Source: Aliivibrio fischeri ES114 | Lineage (GTDB): Bacteria > Pseudomonadota > Gammaproteobacteria > Enterobacterales > Vibrionaceae | DNA: 32,000 nucleotides | Reading direction: 5' to 3' (one strand) | NCBI RefSeq assembly: GCF_000011805.1 | Contig: NC_006841.2 | Part shown: positions 1 through 9,229 of the stretch, in pieces | Position numbering within the stretch: the stretch's first letter is position 1 | Layout: every line of letters starts with the position of its first letter | The notes under the pieces: generated by a model | The model's database searches: none | What the model was told of the DNA's origin: nothing | What the model saw: only the letters and a program-made list of their open reading frames with translations | Made by a program: the position numbers and the translations under genes

Positions 1-849
1 ATAAAGCTCAAATTCTTTATTCGGAATAGCATGAACTAATTTACTCAAAATATCGACTTCATCATTAATAGATTGCGCATAATTTTCTGAATAAAAATCA
101 ATAACTAAACCCAGTTTTTTCGCTTTGTAACAAGCAATATCTACTCGTTTAAGCATTTCATCCGCATTATCAATATCATTCGAGTAGATCACATTACCTA
201 TAATTGGCTGTAATATGAAATTTTTACCTTTCATTTTAATAGGTTGAATGAGTAGTTCATACACCTCTAAAGCAATATTGTTAATTTTGTCCTTATTCGT
301 TAAATTTCCAATAATTATAATTTCATTAGTATCGTAAAAAATAGACACATTCCTATCATTACGATGCTTCTTAACTAATAGGGATGCATAAGATAAAATG
401 CTATTAAATGTTTTATCCGATGAATACTCAATTAGTGTTCTATAATTTTGTATTTTAATCTTTGTTAAGTTAAATAAATCACCATTATTAATTTTATCTT
501 CAATAAGAGTTTTATATATTTTTACTTTATTAGTTATGACTTCTATTTCATCATTATTAGATACCGTTTTAGCTATCTTGTTTGTTATCAAAATAAAAAT
601 GAATGCTAATTGAGTGAAAAAAGTAACACTAATTAACATCGAGATATCTACATAGTCTTTTAGTCCCTTTTCTAAAAGCATATTTTCAATATATACAAAT
701 CCAATAAAATATATGAATAAAAGTATATAAGTTAATATTCTCTTTGATAGTTCATTATTCTTAACAAGATCATAAATTCCTTTAGATAACAAAACTAAAG
801 AAACAACATTAGCAAACAACAACAATTTTAAAATAACGCCATCATCCAT
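1..849 (-). CDS. Membrane protein with degenerate GGDEF domain followed by start of EAL domain (c-di-GMP phosphodiesterase-like); 3' end outside window
   Basis: Absent from the ORF track because it runs off the window. Reverse-strand translation from ATG at 849 is open to base 1: MDDGVILKLLLFANVVSLVLLSKGIYDLVKNNELSKRILTYILLFIYFIGFVYIENMLLEKGLKDYVDISMLISVTFFTQLAF...; later ...ADEMLKRVDIACYKAKKLGLVIDFYSE...LSKLVHAIPNKEFELY, typical of the GGDEF C-terminus / EAL N-terminus junction. GGDEF signature replaced (FYDTNEIIII). Confidence 0.78.
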   Translation of the reverse strand, partial: MDDGVILKLLLFANVVSLVLLSKGIYDLVKNNELSKRILTYILLFIYFIGFVYIENMLLEKGLKDYVDISMLISVTFFTQLAFIFILITNKIAKTVSNNDEIEVITNKVKIYKTLIEDKINNGDLFNLTKIKIQNYRTLIEYSSDKTFNSILSYASLLVKKHRNDRNVSIFYDTNEIIIIGNLTNKDKINNIALEVYELLIQPIKMKGKNFILQPIIGNVIYSNDIDNADEMLKRVDIACYKAKKLGLVIDFYSENYAQSINDEVDILSKLVHAIPNKEFELY

Positions 850-895
850 ATAAATACAACCTCAACATATCCATGACATTAAATATGAAACAATA

Positions 896-1780
896 TCAAC
901 CCAGTGCTATTTCTAAATCCAATTTGTTTTTCTTAAAAATAGTATTCAACTTAATGAGTGTTTCAGATTGTATTTGTCGAACTCTTTCTTTTGATAAATC
1001 CAGATCTTTACCTAAATCCTCTAATGTCTTAACTTTACATCCAAACAACCCATAGCGATTGATGATGATCTCTTTCTCTCTGTAATTTAAAGAATCAATC
1101 CAAGACGACAAATTCATTTCTAAGTTATTTTGAGATAAAGAACTATCAGGCTCTAATGCTTTATTATTTGATGAAAGTTCAAAAAACTTCGGAGACAACT
1201 CATCACTACATGCAGAATGGCAAGTCAGTTGGTTAGGTATCAAACTTATAATCTTACTTACTTTAATTTGTTCTTCTTCACAGTAAGTCGAAATGTCTCT
1301 AATAGAAGGTTCACGTTTTAATGATTTAGATAACTCACGAGCTGCTCTAAGGTAAGTATTTAGCTCTTTAGTTATATGGACAGGAAGACGAACAGTTCTA
1401 GAATGATTAAACAACGCACTTTCAATGGATTCTCGAATCCACCAAACAGCATAAGTTGAAAAGCGATACCCTAATTCGGGATTAAATTTATCAATTGCTT
1501 TGATTAATCCCAAATTACCTTCTTCAATAATGTCTAAAATTGCTAAATCAGTCTGGTTTCTTTTTCGATATTTATTCGCAACTTTAACAACAAGCCTCAG
1601 ATTTGATTCAATTAATGTATTCCTTGCTGAAACATCCCCTTTTTTATAAAGTCGACTATAGGCCAACTCCTCTTCTGCAGTAAGTAACTGATAGCGATTT
1701 ATTTCCTTTAAATATAAAGAATATGAATCGTTTAAACCCTGTTCTTCGCAGACTCTCATATCTAACTTTGCATAAGCCAT
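896..1780 (-). CDS. rpoQ: RpoS-like sigma-70 family sigma factor, RpoQ-like
   Basis: 294 aa with region 2 (NLRLVVKVANKYRKRN...FSTYAVWWIRESIESALFNHSRTVRLPVHITKELNTYLRAAREL) and region 4.2 (KTLEDLGKDLDLSKERVRQIQSE). Strongly RpoS-like but divergent. V. fischeri carries rpoQ close to syp. SD AGGATAT upstream of ATG. Confidence 0.82.
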   Translation of the reverse strand: MAYAKLDMRVCEEQGLNDSYSLYLKEINRYQLLTAEEELAYSRLYKKGDVSARNTLIESNLRLVVKVANKYRKRNQTDLAILDIIEEGNLGLIKAIDKFNPELGYRFSTYAVWWIRESIESALFNHSRTVRLPVHITKELNTYLRAARELSKSLKREPSIRDISTYCEEEQIKVSKIISLIPNQLTCHSACSDELSPKFFELSSNNKALEPDSSLSQNNLEMNLSSWIDSLNYREKEIIINRYGLFGCKVKTLEDLGKDLDLSKERVRQIQSETLIKLNTIFKKNKLDLEIALG

Positions 1781-1837
1781 AACATATCCTTGTACCTAGC
1801 TGTTTTATATCTCTAGCTATTTTATATTTATTGTTAT

Positions 1838-1854
1838 CAACTGTTTTTCAGTTG
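1838..1854. repeat. Short inverted repeat CAACTG-TTTTT-CAGTTG upstream of the rpoQ-like gene
   Basis: Perfect 6-bp arms with 5-nt spacer, read directly; about 58 bp upstream of the minus-strand ATG. Confidence 0.5.
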
Positions 1855-2039
1855 TAAATAAACTATGGTATAAAGACTAACAAGCGGCAATACCGTAAAT
1901 TAATTTTCATAAAAAAAAATAAAGATTTGTTATTAAGATCACAAGTAATTTAATTAAATTCTCACATATAAGACGACAATATATTGACACATAACTACTT
2001 ACAATATAGACAATAAAAATATGTCATAGGCCGCCACAT

Positions 2040-2061
2040 TAAATAACATATTTATCAATAT
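2040..2061. promoter_or_regulatory. Candidate LitR/LuxR-family (quorum-sensing master regulator) binding site
   Basis: TAAATAACATATTTATCAATAT compared with the palindromic Vibrio LuxR/LitR consensus TTATTGATAAATTTATCAATAA; right half TTTATCAATA matches 10/11, left half 6/11. Located between the divergent rpoQ-like and hybrid kinase genes. Confidence 0.35.
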
Positions 2062-2229
2062 AATCTGTGATATATACACAAGGTTAGTTACACATTAAAA
2101 CAAACTCATAATTTATTTTTAAAACAACAAATTATCATTAAAAACAAAAGATAATTACTTGCTCTTACATTTTTATCCTATGCTTTACTTATAAGTTGGC
2201 ACTTAGGCCTTTATGAACAAGGATTGTTT

Positions 2230-4824
2230 ATGACGCTACTAGATCATTTTTCTATCAAATCAAGAGTTTTGGTCATTACTTTTGTTCCCTTAATTCTTAT
2301 CTCTCTTTTTTTTAGTAAAGAAACATATGATCACATTAAAAGTAACAATAACTTACACCGCATCAGCGCTAATCTTAAATTAAATCAATTGTTATTCTCA
2401 TATATAAACACCGTACACATGGTACGAATGAGTTTCCTTTCAGAAACAAACACATCATCAGAAAGTTTGGACTCTGACATTTTGATAAACCGTATGCTAT
2501 TAAAAACTATAAATATCGAATCTGCTAAGTTGCATAAAGAAATAAGCAAATTAGATAGCATAACAAAAAGAGAAAACAACACATTAGATACAATAATTCA
2601 AAAAAATGAATCACAGATCAACAGCCTCAATAATGTGTATAGACTTTTAATAAATAATATTTCTACCTCTAAATTTGAGTACATCAACCAAAAGCTAAAT
2701 TTGCTAAATCAACTAGAACTAATACACTATTGGGCTCTAAATGAGGATTGGTATACTCAACTATATTCTCATTTACCATCTCAAAAATTTGAAAAACAAA
2801 TAGATCGTTTTTATTACCAACAATACCTATATATCGCTGATTTAATTCAAACAGAAGAGCCAAACTCAGATTTTCAAGCATTAAAAACAGCATTTGATGC
2901 AAAACAATCATCTCAGACTGATACCAATAATTATCTCTTCCAGATAGAAAAAAATAGGAACACAGTATTATCCGAATTAGAACAAAAAGTTAAAAATAGA
3001 ATAAAAAACCACCAGCTTACTATTACCGGTTACAGTATCTTACTCATTTCCTTGTTTATACTCATTACAGGTATTGGTTTATCGCTATTGTCACGAATCC
3101 GTTCGTACTTAAAAATGGTATCTTTATCAATGAGTAATATTGAGAAAAACCATGATTACAGTATAAAACTATCCGAAAATGGAAAAGATGAACTCACTGT
3201 TTTTTCTAGTGAAATGAATACTCTCATTGCCAAACGACACCAAAATGAAAAAAAACTAATCAACGAGAAAGAAGAGGCTGAAAATGCCAATAAAGCGAAA
3301 ACAACTTTTTTAGCTAATATGTCACACGAAATAAGAACACCACTCAATGGTATTATTGGTATGTCTGGCGTTCTCGCGGAAACCAAACTTACCCCTATTC
3401 AACTTGATTATCTCAATACAATAGAAACCTCATCACAAACCTTGCTTGTTTTGATTAACGATATTCTTGATTTATCAAAGATCGAAGCTGGAAATTTTGC
3501 CATTTATTCTCAGCCAAGCAATGTACGTGAAGTGATCTTTGATACACTTTCAATCGACATTGCTAAAGCAACAGAAAAAAATCTCGACCTACATATTCAC
3601 ATATCACCTGACGTTCCAAATTTCTTAACTCTTGATGAGCATAGAGTTAAACAGATATTAATGAACTTAACATCTAATGCAATGAAGTTTACACATAAAG
3701 GCTTCATCTCTATATCAGTAAACTTTTCACATCGTGTCGAAAACGAAGGATATTTAACTATTGCGGTCAAAGATTCAGGCATAGGTATAAATACCAATGC
3801 AAAAGAAAATATACTTAACCCATTTATACAGGGCGATAGTTCCATTACTCGTCGTTTTGGAGGCACAGGGCTAGGATTAACAATAACCAACCAATTAATT
3901 GAGTTAATGGGAGGGACACTTGATATCGAATCAGAGCAAGAAAAAGGAAGCCGTTTTTCCTTCCGTATAAAAACCAATATTGTTAATAAAAAACTCCCAA
4001 TCCCAGAAAAACTTGAGAAATTAACAATAATATTAGTTGATGATAATTCTGGTTTATCACGATCCTTAACAGAAGAACTACATCGTTACCATATCAACAA
4101 TATCATCGTTAAAAAAGAAACGGATAAAATCACTATTTTTGATAGTAGCAAAGCCATTATCTTATATTGTGTAACAAGCTGTTTAGAGGAAAACTGCCGA
4201 GAAAAACTAATCAACATTCATAACAAAAATTTGAACACGCCTTTAATCCTCGTTCAAAAACATAAAAGTCGTATTACTACGCTTGATTCCATCATTGATG
4301 GATTAGTCACCTTCCCTATTTTAGGACATCGTTTTATCAAAACCTTGGAGAATTCATTAAGTATTCATCAAGAAAATCAAATATCTATTAATGATGTAAT
4401 GAATTCAACACCATTACATTCAAAATCACAAAATGGAAAAACGAGTTTAAACAAAGAACATATACTCATTGTTGAAGATAATTTGGTAAATCAAAAAGTT
4501 GCATCATTATTCCTTGGTAATTCAGGATACACTTTTGATATTGCGAACAATGGACAAGAAGCAGTAGAAAAATTCACAGATAGTGAAGCATACAATATTA
4601 TTTTGATGGATTGTATGATGCCAGTAAAAGATGGATTTACAGCAACTAAAGAGATCCGGAAAGTAGAAAAAAACCAAAAGCGCAAAAAAATACCGATCAT
4701 AGCTTTAACTGCCAGCATTCTAGATCAAGATATATCAAAATGCTATGAATCAGGAATGGATGACTTTATTGCAAAACCATTTAAAAAAGAAATTTTATTA
4801 GAAAAAATCATGACAATAAAATAA
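2230..4824 (+). CDS. Membrane hybrid sensor histidine kinase (periplasmic sensor, HAMP-like linker, HisKA, HATPase, degenerate receiver, intact receiver; no HPt)
   Basis: ORF of the track (2224..4824); ATG 2230 preferred over TTG 2224 because AAGGA at 2219-2223 gives correct SD spacing. Motifs: two TM segments ([13 protein letters not shown]; [21 protein letters not shown]), [47 protein letters not shown]...[15 protein letters not shown]...[10 protein letters not shown]. Confidence 0.92.
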   Translation: MTLLDHFSIKSRVLVITFVPLILISLFFSKETYDHIKSNNNLHRISANLKLNQLLFSYINTVHMVRMSFLSETNTSSESLDSDILINRMLLKTINIESAKLHKEISKLDSITKRENNTLDTIIQKNESQINSLNNVYRLLINNISTSKFEYINQKLNLLNQLELIHYWALNEDWYTQLYSHLPSQKFEKQIDRFYYQQYLYIADLIQTEEPNSDFQALKTAFDAKQSSQTDTNNYLFQIEKNRNTVLSELEQKVKNRIKNHQLTITGYSILLISLFILITGIGLSLLSRIRSYLKMVSLSMSNIEKNHDYSIKLSENGKDELTVFSSEMNTLIAKRHQNEKKLINEKEEAENANKAKTTFLANMSHEIRTPLNGIIGMSGVLAETKLTPIQLDYLNTIETSSQTLLVLINDILDLSKIEAGNFAIYSQPSNVREVIFDTLSIDIAKATEKNLDLHIHISPDVPNFLTLDEHRVKQILMNLTSNAMKFTHKGFISISVNFSHRVENEGYLTIAVKDSGIGINTNAKENILNPFIQGDSSITRRFGGTGLGLTITNQLIELMGGTLDIESEQEKGSRFSFRIKTNIVNKKLPIPEKLEKLTIILVDDNSGLSRSLTEELHRYHINNIIVKKETDKITIFDSSKAIILYCVTSCLEENCREKLINIHNKNLNTPLILVQKHKSRITTLDSIIDGLVTFPILGHRFIKTLENSLSIHQENQISINDVMNSTPLHSKSQNGKTSLNKEHILIVEDNLVNQKVASLFLGNSGYTFDIANNGQEAVEKFTDSEAYNIILMDCMMPVKDGFTATKEIRKVEKNQKRKKIPIIALTASILDQDISKCYESGMDDFIAKPFKKEILLEKIMTIK

Positions 4825-4833
4825 GGACGATGC

Positions 4834-6552
4834 ATGACTTCGGTTTTTAATCCAACATCAAATAATTTTAAGCAGTCAAACTTTGATATTCTCATTGTCG
4901 ATGATTGTCAAATATCGTCCATGTATTTATTTCAGTTGATTAAACAGCTTGGTTTTACTCAGATAGATAAAGCGTATTCATATCAAGATGCTATAAAGTG
5001 CTGTGCAAAAAAAAGATACGCATTACTTTTCATCGACTTCCACCTTGAACAAGCCATTAACGGTTCTGAATTACATGATTTACTAAAAGAAAAAGGGTTT
5101 ATCTCTCCTTATACAAGAGTCATAACAGTATCAGGCGACAACACAACACAAACCGTCCTTGGAACTCTCTCAAAAGGTCGAGGTGATTATTTATGTAAAC
5201 CAATAAGTAAAGCGACACTCAAAAATAAAGTACAAAATGCTTTTTCAGAGTACTCGTTATTTAAAAAACTCTATACCCTTTTAGAACAACATAGATATGA
5301 AGAGTTGATATCTAAAACGATATCAATCGCATCTCATAAAAATATTGTTGAACTTGACATGTTTCTTATCGATTTTTTATTTAAACACGATAAGGAGCTA
5401 TTATTGAAACTTACTCAAACCTCCTCATTTAATAGCAGAAAAAATTATATTCTTGCTCGTCTAAAAGTTCAAAATGAGATTAAATCAGTTACTTCTGATA
5501 ATCTAATACATACAACAACACAACTATGTGAGAAATACCCACTATTCGTTCAAGCATTTGATTTTTTAAGCTTATTACAAATGAATGCTCAACATTATGA
5601 AGAGTCATTAAACACGGCATTAAATGCTCTTACCCTAACAGCAAGAGATCCACATCGTTCATTATTAGTGCTAAAACTATCTTTAATATGTAATGACAAA
5701 TGTGAATTTCTAAAAGCAAGTCACCTACTAGCAAACCATTTACCAATTGCTTCTCCTAGTTGGTGTTCGTACCTATCTGAATGTTTGAGTTATTTTGATA
5801 GCTACATCCAACAAACCACATCAGAAGTAGACAAAAAGCAGCTGATTTTAGAACAAAAAAATTTCGTGCGTCGTTGCGAATATCGTTTAACAGACAAACA
5901 GAAAGCGCAGTTAAATATTTTATACAATTATTCAATAAGTAAACGTTTAATTGAAGAAGGGCATATATCAAAAGCGAAAAGACTGATCTTAAAAGCCACC
6001 ACTTCTTTTTATGATAACCTGCACCAACTCAATACGATTGTTTTGATCGAGTTAGTGTACCTACTTTCCTTTCTTGGTGAAATTTGGCTTATGGTTAAAG
6101 TCAATGCTGTATTAAAAACAAAAACAAATTTAGATAATTATTGCAGAGATTGTCTTAACGTATTAAAGAATGATGCGGAGTTAATTCAATCTATAGCCGA
6201 ATTATCCGTTACAATTGAAAAACTATCAGGACCTGAAATTGAACAACCAACACTAACTCAACTTTCAAACGAATTGCAACGTCACCCCTATTCTTCTGAA
6301 TTGTGTATTAGTTTTTTAGAACAAATTATCAAATTAAGCCAAGATCTTCCTAATAATTTAAACAAAACAATAGATTTAATTAACGAAATGCCACTTTCAT
6401 TAGAACTAAATCTACGTCGAGATGCGATATTAAAACAGTTACATGCTCATATAGATATTGATAATGAATTACCATCTCACGAATCTAACTCTTCTTTGAT
6501 ATTGAACACTCCTTTATTTGTTGCAGATAAAAAACTCAAACAACTAACTTAA
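4834..6552 (+). CDS. Response regulator with N-terminal receiver and C-terminal TPR-like helical repeats
   Basis: ILIVDDCQISSMYLFQLIKQLG...ALLFIDFHLEQ...ITVSGD...DYLCKPIS receiver motifs intact, then about 430 aa of helical repeat-like sequence. Only 9 nt after the kinase stop, with SD AAGGA: apparent two-gene operon. Confidence 0.85.
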   Translation: MTSVFNPTSNNFKQSNFDILIVDDCQISSMYLFQLIKQLGFTQIDKAYSYQDAIKCCAKKRYALLFIDFHLEQAINGSELHDLLKEKGFISPYTRVITVSGDNTTQTVLGTLSKGRGDYLCKPISKATLKNKVQNAFSEYSLFKKLYTLLEQHRYEELISKTISIASHKNIVELDMFLIDFLFKHDKELLLKLTQTSSFNSRKNYILARLKVQNEIKSVTSDNLIHTTTQLCEKYPLFVQAFDFLSLLQMNAQHYEESLNTALNALTLTARDPHRSLLVLKLSLICNDKCEFLKASHLLANHLPIASPSWCSYLSECLSYFDSYIQQTTSEVDKKQLILEQKNFVRRCEYRLTDKQKAQLNILYNYSISKRLIEEGHISKAKRLILKATTSFYDNLHQLNTIVLIELVYLLSFLGEIWLMVKVNAVLKTKTNLDNYCRDCLNVLKNDAELIQSIAELSVTIEKLSGPEIEQPTLTQLSNELQRHPYSSELCISFLEQIIKLSQDLPNNLNKTIDLINEMPLSLELNLRRDAILKQLHAHIDIDNELPSHESNSSLILNTPLFVADKKLKQLT

Positions 6553-6580
6553 AAAAAAGCCACGTAGTACTACGTGGCTT
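6551..6580 (-). terminator. Rho-independent terminator for the minus-strand LruC/lipoprotein operon
   Basis: Perfect palindrome AAGCCACGTAGT/ACTACGTGGCTT (6557-6580); on the minus strand it is followed by a run of T (complement of the A-run 6551-6558). No comparable T tract on the plus strand. Confidence 0.85.
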
Positions 6581-6608
6581 CTAAGTTACTCACATGTATT
6601 ATTTTAAG

Positions 6609-7061
6609 TTAATACCATTCCCATTGAGTGCCATCTACAACAAACTTTTTCTGTTGCGGGTCGCTGCCATCGTATAACCAAATCTCAACAACACTTTCCT
6701 CTAAACTATTAGCAATTGCAAACTCAATATCAACGGCACCATTTGCTAACGGTACATCTATAATTTTACTACCATAATCAACACGGTACTCACCTTCATC
6801 TTTCTCACTAAAATTAGAATAAACAGATAAATGCGCACGAGCAGGCAAACTACCACTCAAATCGACAATTAAGCGTTGTTCCTCTATAGGATTAAATGAA
6901 AAACCTTCAGGTGCAACCAAATCTTGTGTTTTTACAGACTCAGGCTCTTCGGCTACCGTAGGAGCTGTTCCGCCAGATGAGAAACCTCCACTATCACTAC
7001 ATGAAACTATTAAAAACAGCGATGCTAACGATGTCATTGATATCATAATAACTTTTTTCAT
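6609..7061 (-). CDS. Small predicted lipoprotein
   Basis: Track ORF 6609..7133, but MKKVIMISMTSLASLFLIVSCSD (start at 7061) is a typical lipoprotein signal with lipobox-like LIVSC, and AAAGGGAGT precedes it. Starts 14 nt after the LruC-domain gene on the same strand. Confidence 0.8.
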   Translation of the reverse strand: MKKVIMISMTSLASLFLIVSCSDSGGFSSGGTAPTVAEEPESVKTQDLVAPEGFSFNPIEEQRLIVDLSGSLPARAHLSVYSNFSEKDEGEYRVDYGSKIIDVPLANGAVDIEFAIANSLEESVVEIWLYDGSDPQQKKFVVDGTQWEWY

Positions 7062-7074
7062 AATAACTCCCTTT

Positions 7075-9189
7075 TTAATAGTATTTGTTCGCAATTGCAT
7101 TAGTGATGTCATACCAATCAGTATGAGTTCCACCGCCTGACGTCGTATAGTCTGCGAATTGAGGATATGCCACAGCTAAATCAACACGCTCTCTTGGCCA
7201 TTTCCACTCATCATAAATAAGCAGAGCCCAAGGCATATTATTACTGGTTTTAAAATAACGAGACGTATTAGGATCACTGGTATCTTCGGCTAACTGATAA
7301 AAATTAGTATCAAATTTCTCAGTCGGAGCTTGATCAGCTAAATGAACCTCGTAGCTTCGTCCTGGTGCTTGAGCAAAACTTGGACCATGATAAAAGCCAG
7401 GAGTCGCATATAAGAATGGGTCATAAGGCATTGCAGGCATACTACCTGTTGTAACTGGAGTAATTAGGCTAAAGTTCAATTCAAACTCAACGCCGACATC
7501 TTCTCGACAATCATCCAACGTTCTAAAGAAATAACAGTTATAACTTGAAACTTCAATTGCATCATTAATCACAATAAAGCTTGCTTCTGTCATTCCTGAT
7601 TCTTGAGCATTACCATCTTGCAATGCTGAATTGTAATATAAGCGAGTCTTATCTGAATCGATATTAGTTGCATCAATTCCGGCTAATCGTACAGCAAAAC
7701 CACTGTGATAACTTGCACCAACGGCAACTAACTGACCACTAATACTCACTTTGGCAACATCGCCATCTTTTAATGTTTCAGTGATTCGATATCTCAAAAC
7801 CATATCATTCATATCGTAATCAGCAGTTTCTGGCCAATTATCCTCATAAGCAATTGTTACGTAACCATCTGCTGATGGGAAATGACGTTGTGATGTATTT
7901 GCATCAACGATAGTAACAACATGATCCTCCACTTCACCTGAAGTTGAACCACCATAATAAGCTAATCCAGTTTGTTGACTGAAACGGAATCTTGACCAAG
8001 TTTCACCAACCGTAGCGCCAAATGGCACACTGATAACTAAATTATTACTACCAGCTACCAGAGTTTTATCTGTAATAACTTGTTCACCATCATCAGAAAA
8101 ATCACCATCATCGTTCCAATCAAACCAAGCAGATAAATAACCTGTTGTAGAGGCGTTCACTGTAATAACAGAATCAAGTCCCGGTTCTATAGCCGTAACA
8201 AACCCCACACCATCTTCATCATCACTGGTAATTGAATCATCTGAATCTGGAGATTGCGCTGCATAATAATCACCATCAACTGAAGCACCTAGCCATGTGA
8301 CTCCATCCATTTCATGACGAGCACCATTAGCAGCTAATGTTGTTCCATAGTTAGTATCTGGAGCATCACCAAAATCTATCGTAGCTGGTTCATCTGTATC
8401 AATAAGAGGTGCATTAGCACAACGGGCACCATCATTTTGATTAGAATAAGGACCATCAGCAAACTTGATTGCAGGTACAACACCTGAATCAATGATCGCT
8501 TGAGTAGATAAATTCACTCGATAAATTTGACCGTCTTGGTTACGTGATAAATATAAATAACCATCAACATCAAAATACATAGCACCAAAGGTACCTAATT
8601 CACCAGTATCACCAATATAAGTCGCAGCGCCTGTATTGATATCAAATTCATATAATCCACCACTACCATTATCTACCCCATATAAACGACTGTTACTTGG
8701 GTGAAAAGCAAAATCCGTTAATGACACAGACGCAGTTGAAGTAATTAACTGCGCCGTTAGAGTGGAGTTCACATTCGAATCTAAAGGAGATAAATCGATC
8801 TTATATAGACCCGTTCCACTACGATATACATAGTAATGGTGGTCATATACATCACCGACATAAAATGTTTTATCCGAAGGTAACCCATTTACATTTAACG
8901 TCGTTGCTTGAAAGTTTTGCCCTAACCGAACCACGTTATAATTCGTCGTATCAAAACCATAAATATATCGGTCAGTCTCATTAAAACCAACCCCATTTAT
9001 ATTAGAAGATAATCCCGTATCATCTTGCAAAAGACTATTAGTCCCGGTAACTAAATTAATACCATAGACAGACACAGGTTTACCTTGAAATAAATACGCC
9101 TTACTTGGACACGAATCAAAAGCAACAGCAAACACTTTTGAGCTGACTAATAAAAGTATTAGCATTGTTATCTTAAAAAATTGATACAT
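7075..9189 (-). CDS. Secreted/surface LruC-domain-containing protein
   Basis: 704 aa, signal peptide MYQFFKITMLILLLVSSKVFA; N-terminal beta-propeller-like region (YIYGFDTTNYNVVRLG..., YLYLSRNQDGQIYRV); DFGDAPDTNYGT...GARHEMDGVTWLGASVDGD..DDEDGV repeat-protein motif; GEVEDHVV; LruC-type core SADGYVTIAYEDNWPETADYDMNDMVLRYRITETLKDGDVAKVSISGQLVAVGASYHSGFAVRL. Confidence 0.85.
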   Translation of the reverse strand: MYQFFKITMLILLLVSSKVFAVAFDSCPSKAYLFQGKPVSVYGINLVTGTNSLLQDDTGLSSNINGVGFNETDRYIYGFDTTNYNVVRLGQNFQATTLNVNGLPSDKTFYVGDVYDHHYYVYRSGTGLYKIDLSPLDSNVNSTLTAQLITSTASVSLTDFAFHPSNSRLYGVDNGSGGLYEFDINTGAATYIGDTGELGTFGAMYFDVDGYLYLSRNQDGQIYRVNLSTQAIIDSGVVPAIKFADGPYSNQNDGARCANAPLIDTDEPATIDFGDAPDTNYGTTLAANGARHEMDGVTWLGASVDGDYYAAQSPDSDDSITSDDEDGVGFVTAIEPGLDSVITVNASTTGYLSAWFDWNDDGDFSDDGEQVITDKTLVAGSNNLVISVPFGATVGETWSRFRFSQQTGLAYYGGSTSGEVEDHVVTIVDANTSQRHFPSADGYVTIAYEDNWPETADYDMNDMVLRYRITETLKDGDVAKVSISGQLVAVGASYHSGFAVRLAGIDATNIDSDKTRLYYNSALQDGNAQESGMTEASFIVINDAIEVSSYNCYFFRTLDDCREDVGVEFELNFSLITPVTTGSMPAMPYDPFLYATPGFYHGPSFAQAPGRSYEVHLADQAPTEKFDTNFYQLAEDTSDPNTSRYFKTSNNMPWALLIYDEWKWPRERVDLAVAYPQFADYTTSGGGTHTDWYDITNAIANKYY

Positions 9190-9229
9190 AGCTTCTTCCT
9201 TATAGTTATGATGTTACTTTTTATAACTA

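Noticed and set aside
873-1055. 60-aa plus-strand ORF antisense to the rpoQ-like gene
   Set aside because: Lies opposite conserved region 4 coding sequence and shows no independent support.
1960-1974. TTCTCACATATAAGA as a possible SypG box upstream of the kinase operon
   Set aside because: Only the TTCTCA half matches; the TGC/TGA part is absent and there is no valid sigma-54 promoter nearby.
2196-2212. TTGGCACTTAGGCCTTT upstream of the hybrid kinase, looks like a sigma-54 -24 element
   Set aside because: The -24 hexamer is perfect, but the -12 position has TTT where GC is required, and a transcript from it would start essentially at the ribosome binding site.
2385-4718. Several minus-strand ORFs (2385-2582, 2684-2911, 3156-3386, 3597-3977, 4491-4718) inside the hybrid kinase gene
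   Set aside because: All are antisense shadows of a strongly supported kinase ORF.
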